Assembly (NCBI GenBank): GCA_950097015.1
Contig: CATNEN010000024.1
Coordinates: forward strand, 2,976,001 to 3,040,000
DNA: 64,000 nucleotides
Origin: Macrostomum hystrix
Lineage: Eukaryota; Animalia; Platyhelminthes
Direction of reading: 5' to 3'
Shown here: positions 63,143-64,000 of the stretch, one piece after another
How the letters are laid out: each line of letters opens with the position of its first letter
How positions within the stretch are numbered: the first letter of the stretch is position 1
Position numbers and translations under genes: made by a program
The notes under the pieces: model-generated
The model's input: only the letters and a program-made list of their open reading frames with translations
What the model was told of the DNA's origin: nothing
Databases searched by the model: none

Positions 63143-63534
63143 TGCTGTCGACCGGAGAGATAAAGAGGAGAAGAAATGATAGACATAAACAAGAATAAAT
63201 GGATAGAGTTTGAAGAAAGGTTTGCGAGAAAATTGTTAAGTGTCGTATCTGAGACTGGACGCATTTGGCTTTGAATAATAATTTAAAAAATTCTCGCTGC
63301 AATTCTGTTTCAGATGTGGCCAGCTTCTCAAAGCTTTGCCCTCTAAATCCGTTATGAAATCAGCTGCCTCAGCCTCACGGGAATTCTCAAATGGGATTTT
63401 CTATCTGCAAATAGAGAGTCGGGTAAGACTGGGCGAAAAGAACAGGAAAAATGTACGAAAAAACGGAAAGTTTAGATGAATATTTCAAAAGTAGAGACTA
63501 CAGTTGGAAATAACTGAGCTAGAACTGTACTGTC

Positions 63535-64000
63535 ACTAGATCAGTGACAGTCTATCCCACTAGATCAGTGACAGTCTATTCCACTAGATCAGTGACAGTC
63601 TATCCCACTAGATCAGTGACAGTCTATCCCACTAGATCAGTGACAGTCTATCCCACTAGATCAGTGAAAGTCTATCCCACTAGATCAGTGACAGTCTATT
63701 CCACTAGATCAGTGACAGTCAATCCCACTAGATCAGTGACAGTCTATCCCACTAGATCAGTGACAGTCAATCCCACTAGATCAGTGACAGTCTATCCCAC
63801 TAGATCAGTGACAGTCTATTCCACAAGATCAGTGACAGTCTATCCCACTAGATCAGTGAAAGTCTATCCCACTAGATCAGTGACAGTCTATTCCACTAGA
63901 TCAGTGACAGTCAATCCCACTAGATCAGTGACAGTCTATCCCACTAGATCAGTGACAGTCAATCCCACTAGATCAGTGACAGTCTATTCCACTAGATCAG
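63535..64000. repeat. 24-bp minisatellite cactagatcagtgacagtctatcc, runs off the window
   Basis: About 19 near-identical units. Confidence 0.97.

Noticed and set aside
62950-63420. Upstream PKC exons (VMEITPG at about 63010; KIPFENSREAEAADF at about 63390)
   Set aside because: Neither matches the expected VMEYVNGGDLM kinase segment; VMEI appears coincidental
63535-64000. Similarity of the 24-bp unit to the tet operator or vector sequence
   Set aside because: Only the atcagtga core matches; the tetO palindrome is absent and the units show natural variation

Overview
Eukaryotic, intron-containing DNA from an animal. The GC-rich exons, the SLC6/GPCR/PDE/PKC/IRF gene set and the minisatellite-packed introns suggest a free-living flatworm such as Macrostomum; this is inference and was not checked. 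There are no bacterial features and no CRISPR array. Genes reconstructed by hand from splice sites, left to right: the 5' part of an SLC6 GABA/taurine-type transporter (-); two tandem short IRF genes encoding little more than the DNA-binding domain (+); a tachykinin-receptor-like GPCR with a poly-Q tail (+); a dual-GAF PDE5/PDE11-like phosphodiesterase (+); a multi-exon gene of about 690 aa that I do not recognise (-), with a partial exon duplication upstream; a truncated copy and a full copy of a divergent Ig-domain type I membrane protein with an L1CAM/neuroglian-like tail (+); and the 3' part of a conventional-type PKC (-). Mobile DNA: two tRNA-derived SINE families (one with a CORE-like domain), at least two MITE families, a decayed DD34D mariner, and a frameshifted Polinton/Maverick-type pPolB (exonuclease plus EndoVII) relic abutting a Bel/Pao integrase scrap. 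About 30 tandem arrays lie mostly in introns, and most long ORF-track entries over them are artefacts. Best leads: the DBD-only IRF pair, the FIGQY-less L1-like protein with its mosaic paralog, the Polinton relic, and the cPKC with an aPKC-like acidic hydrophobic motif.
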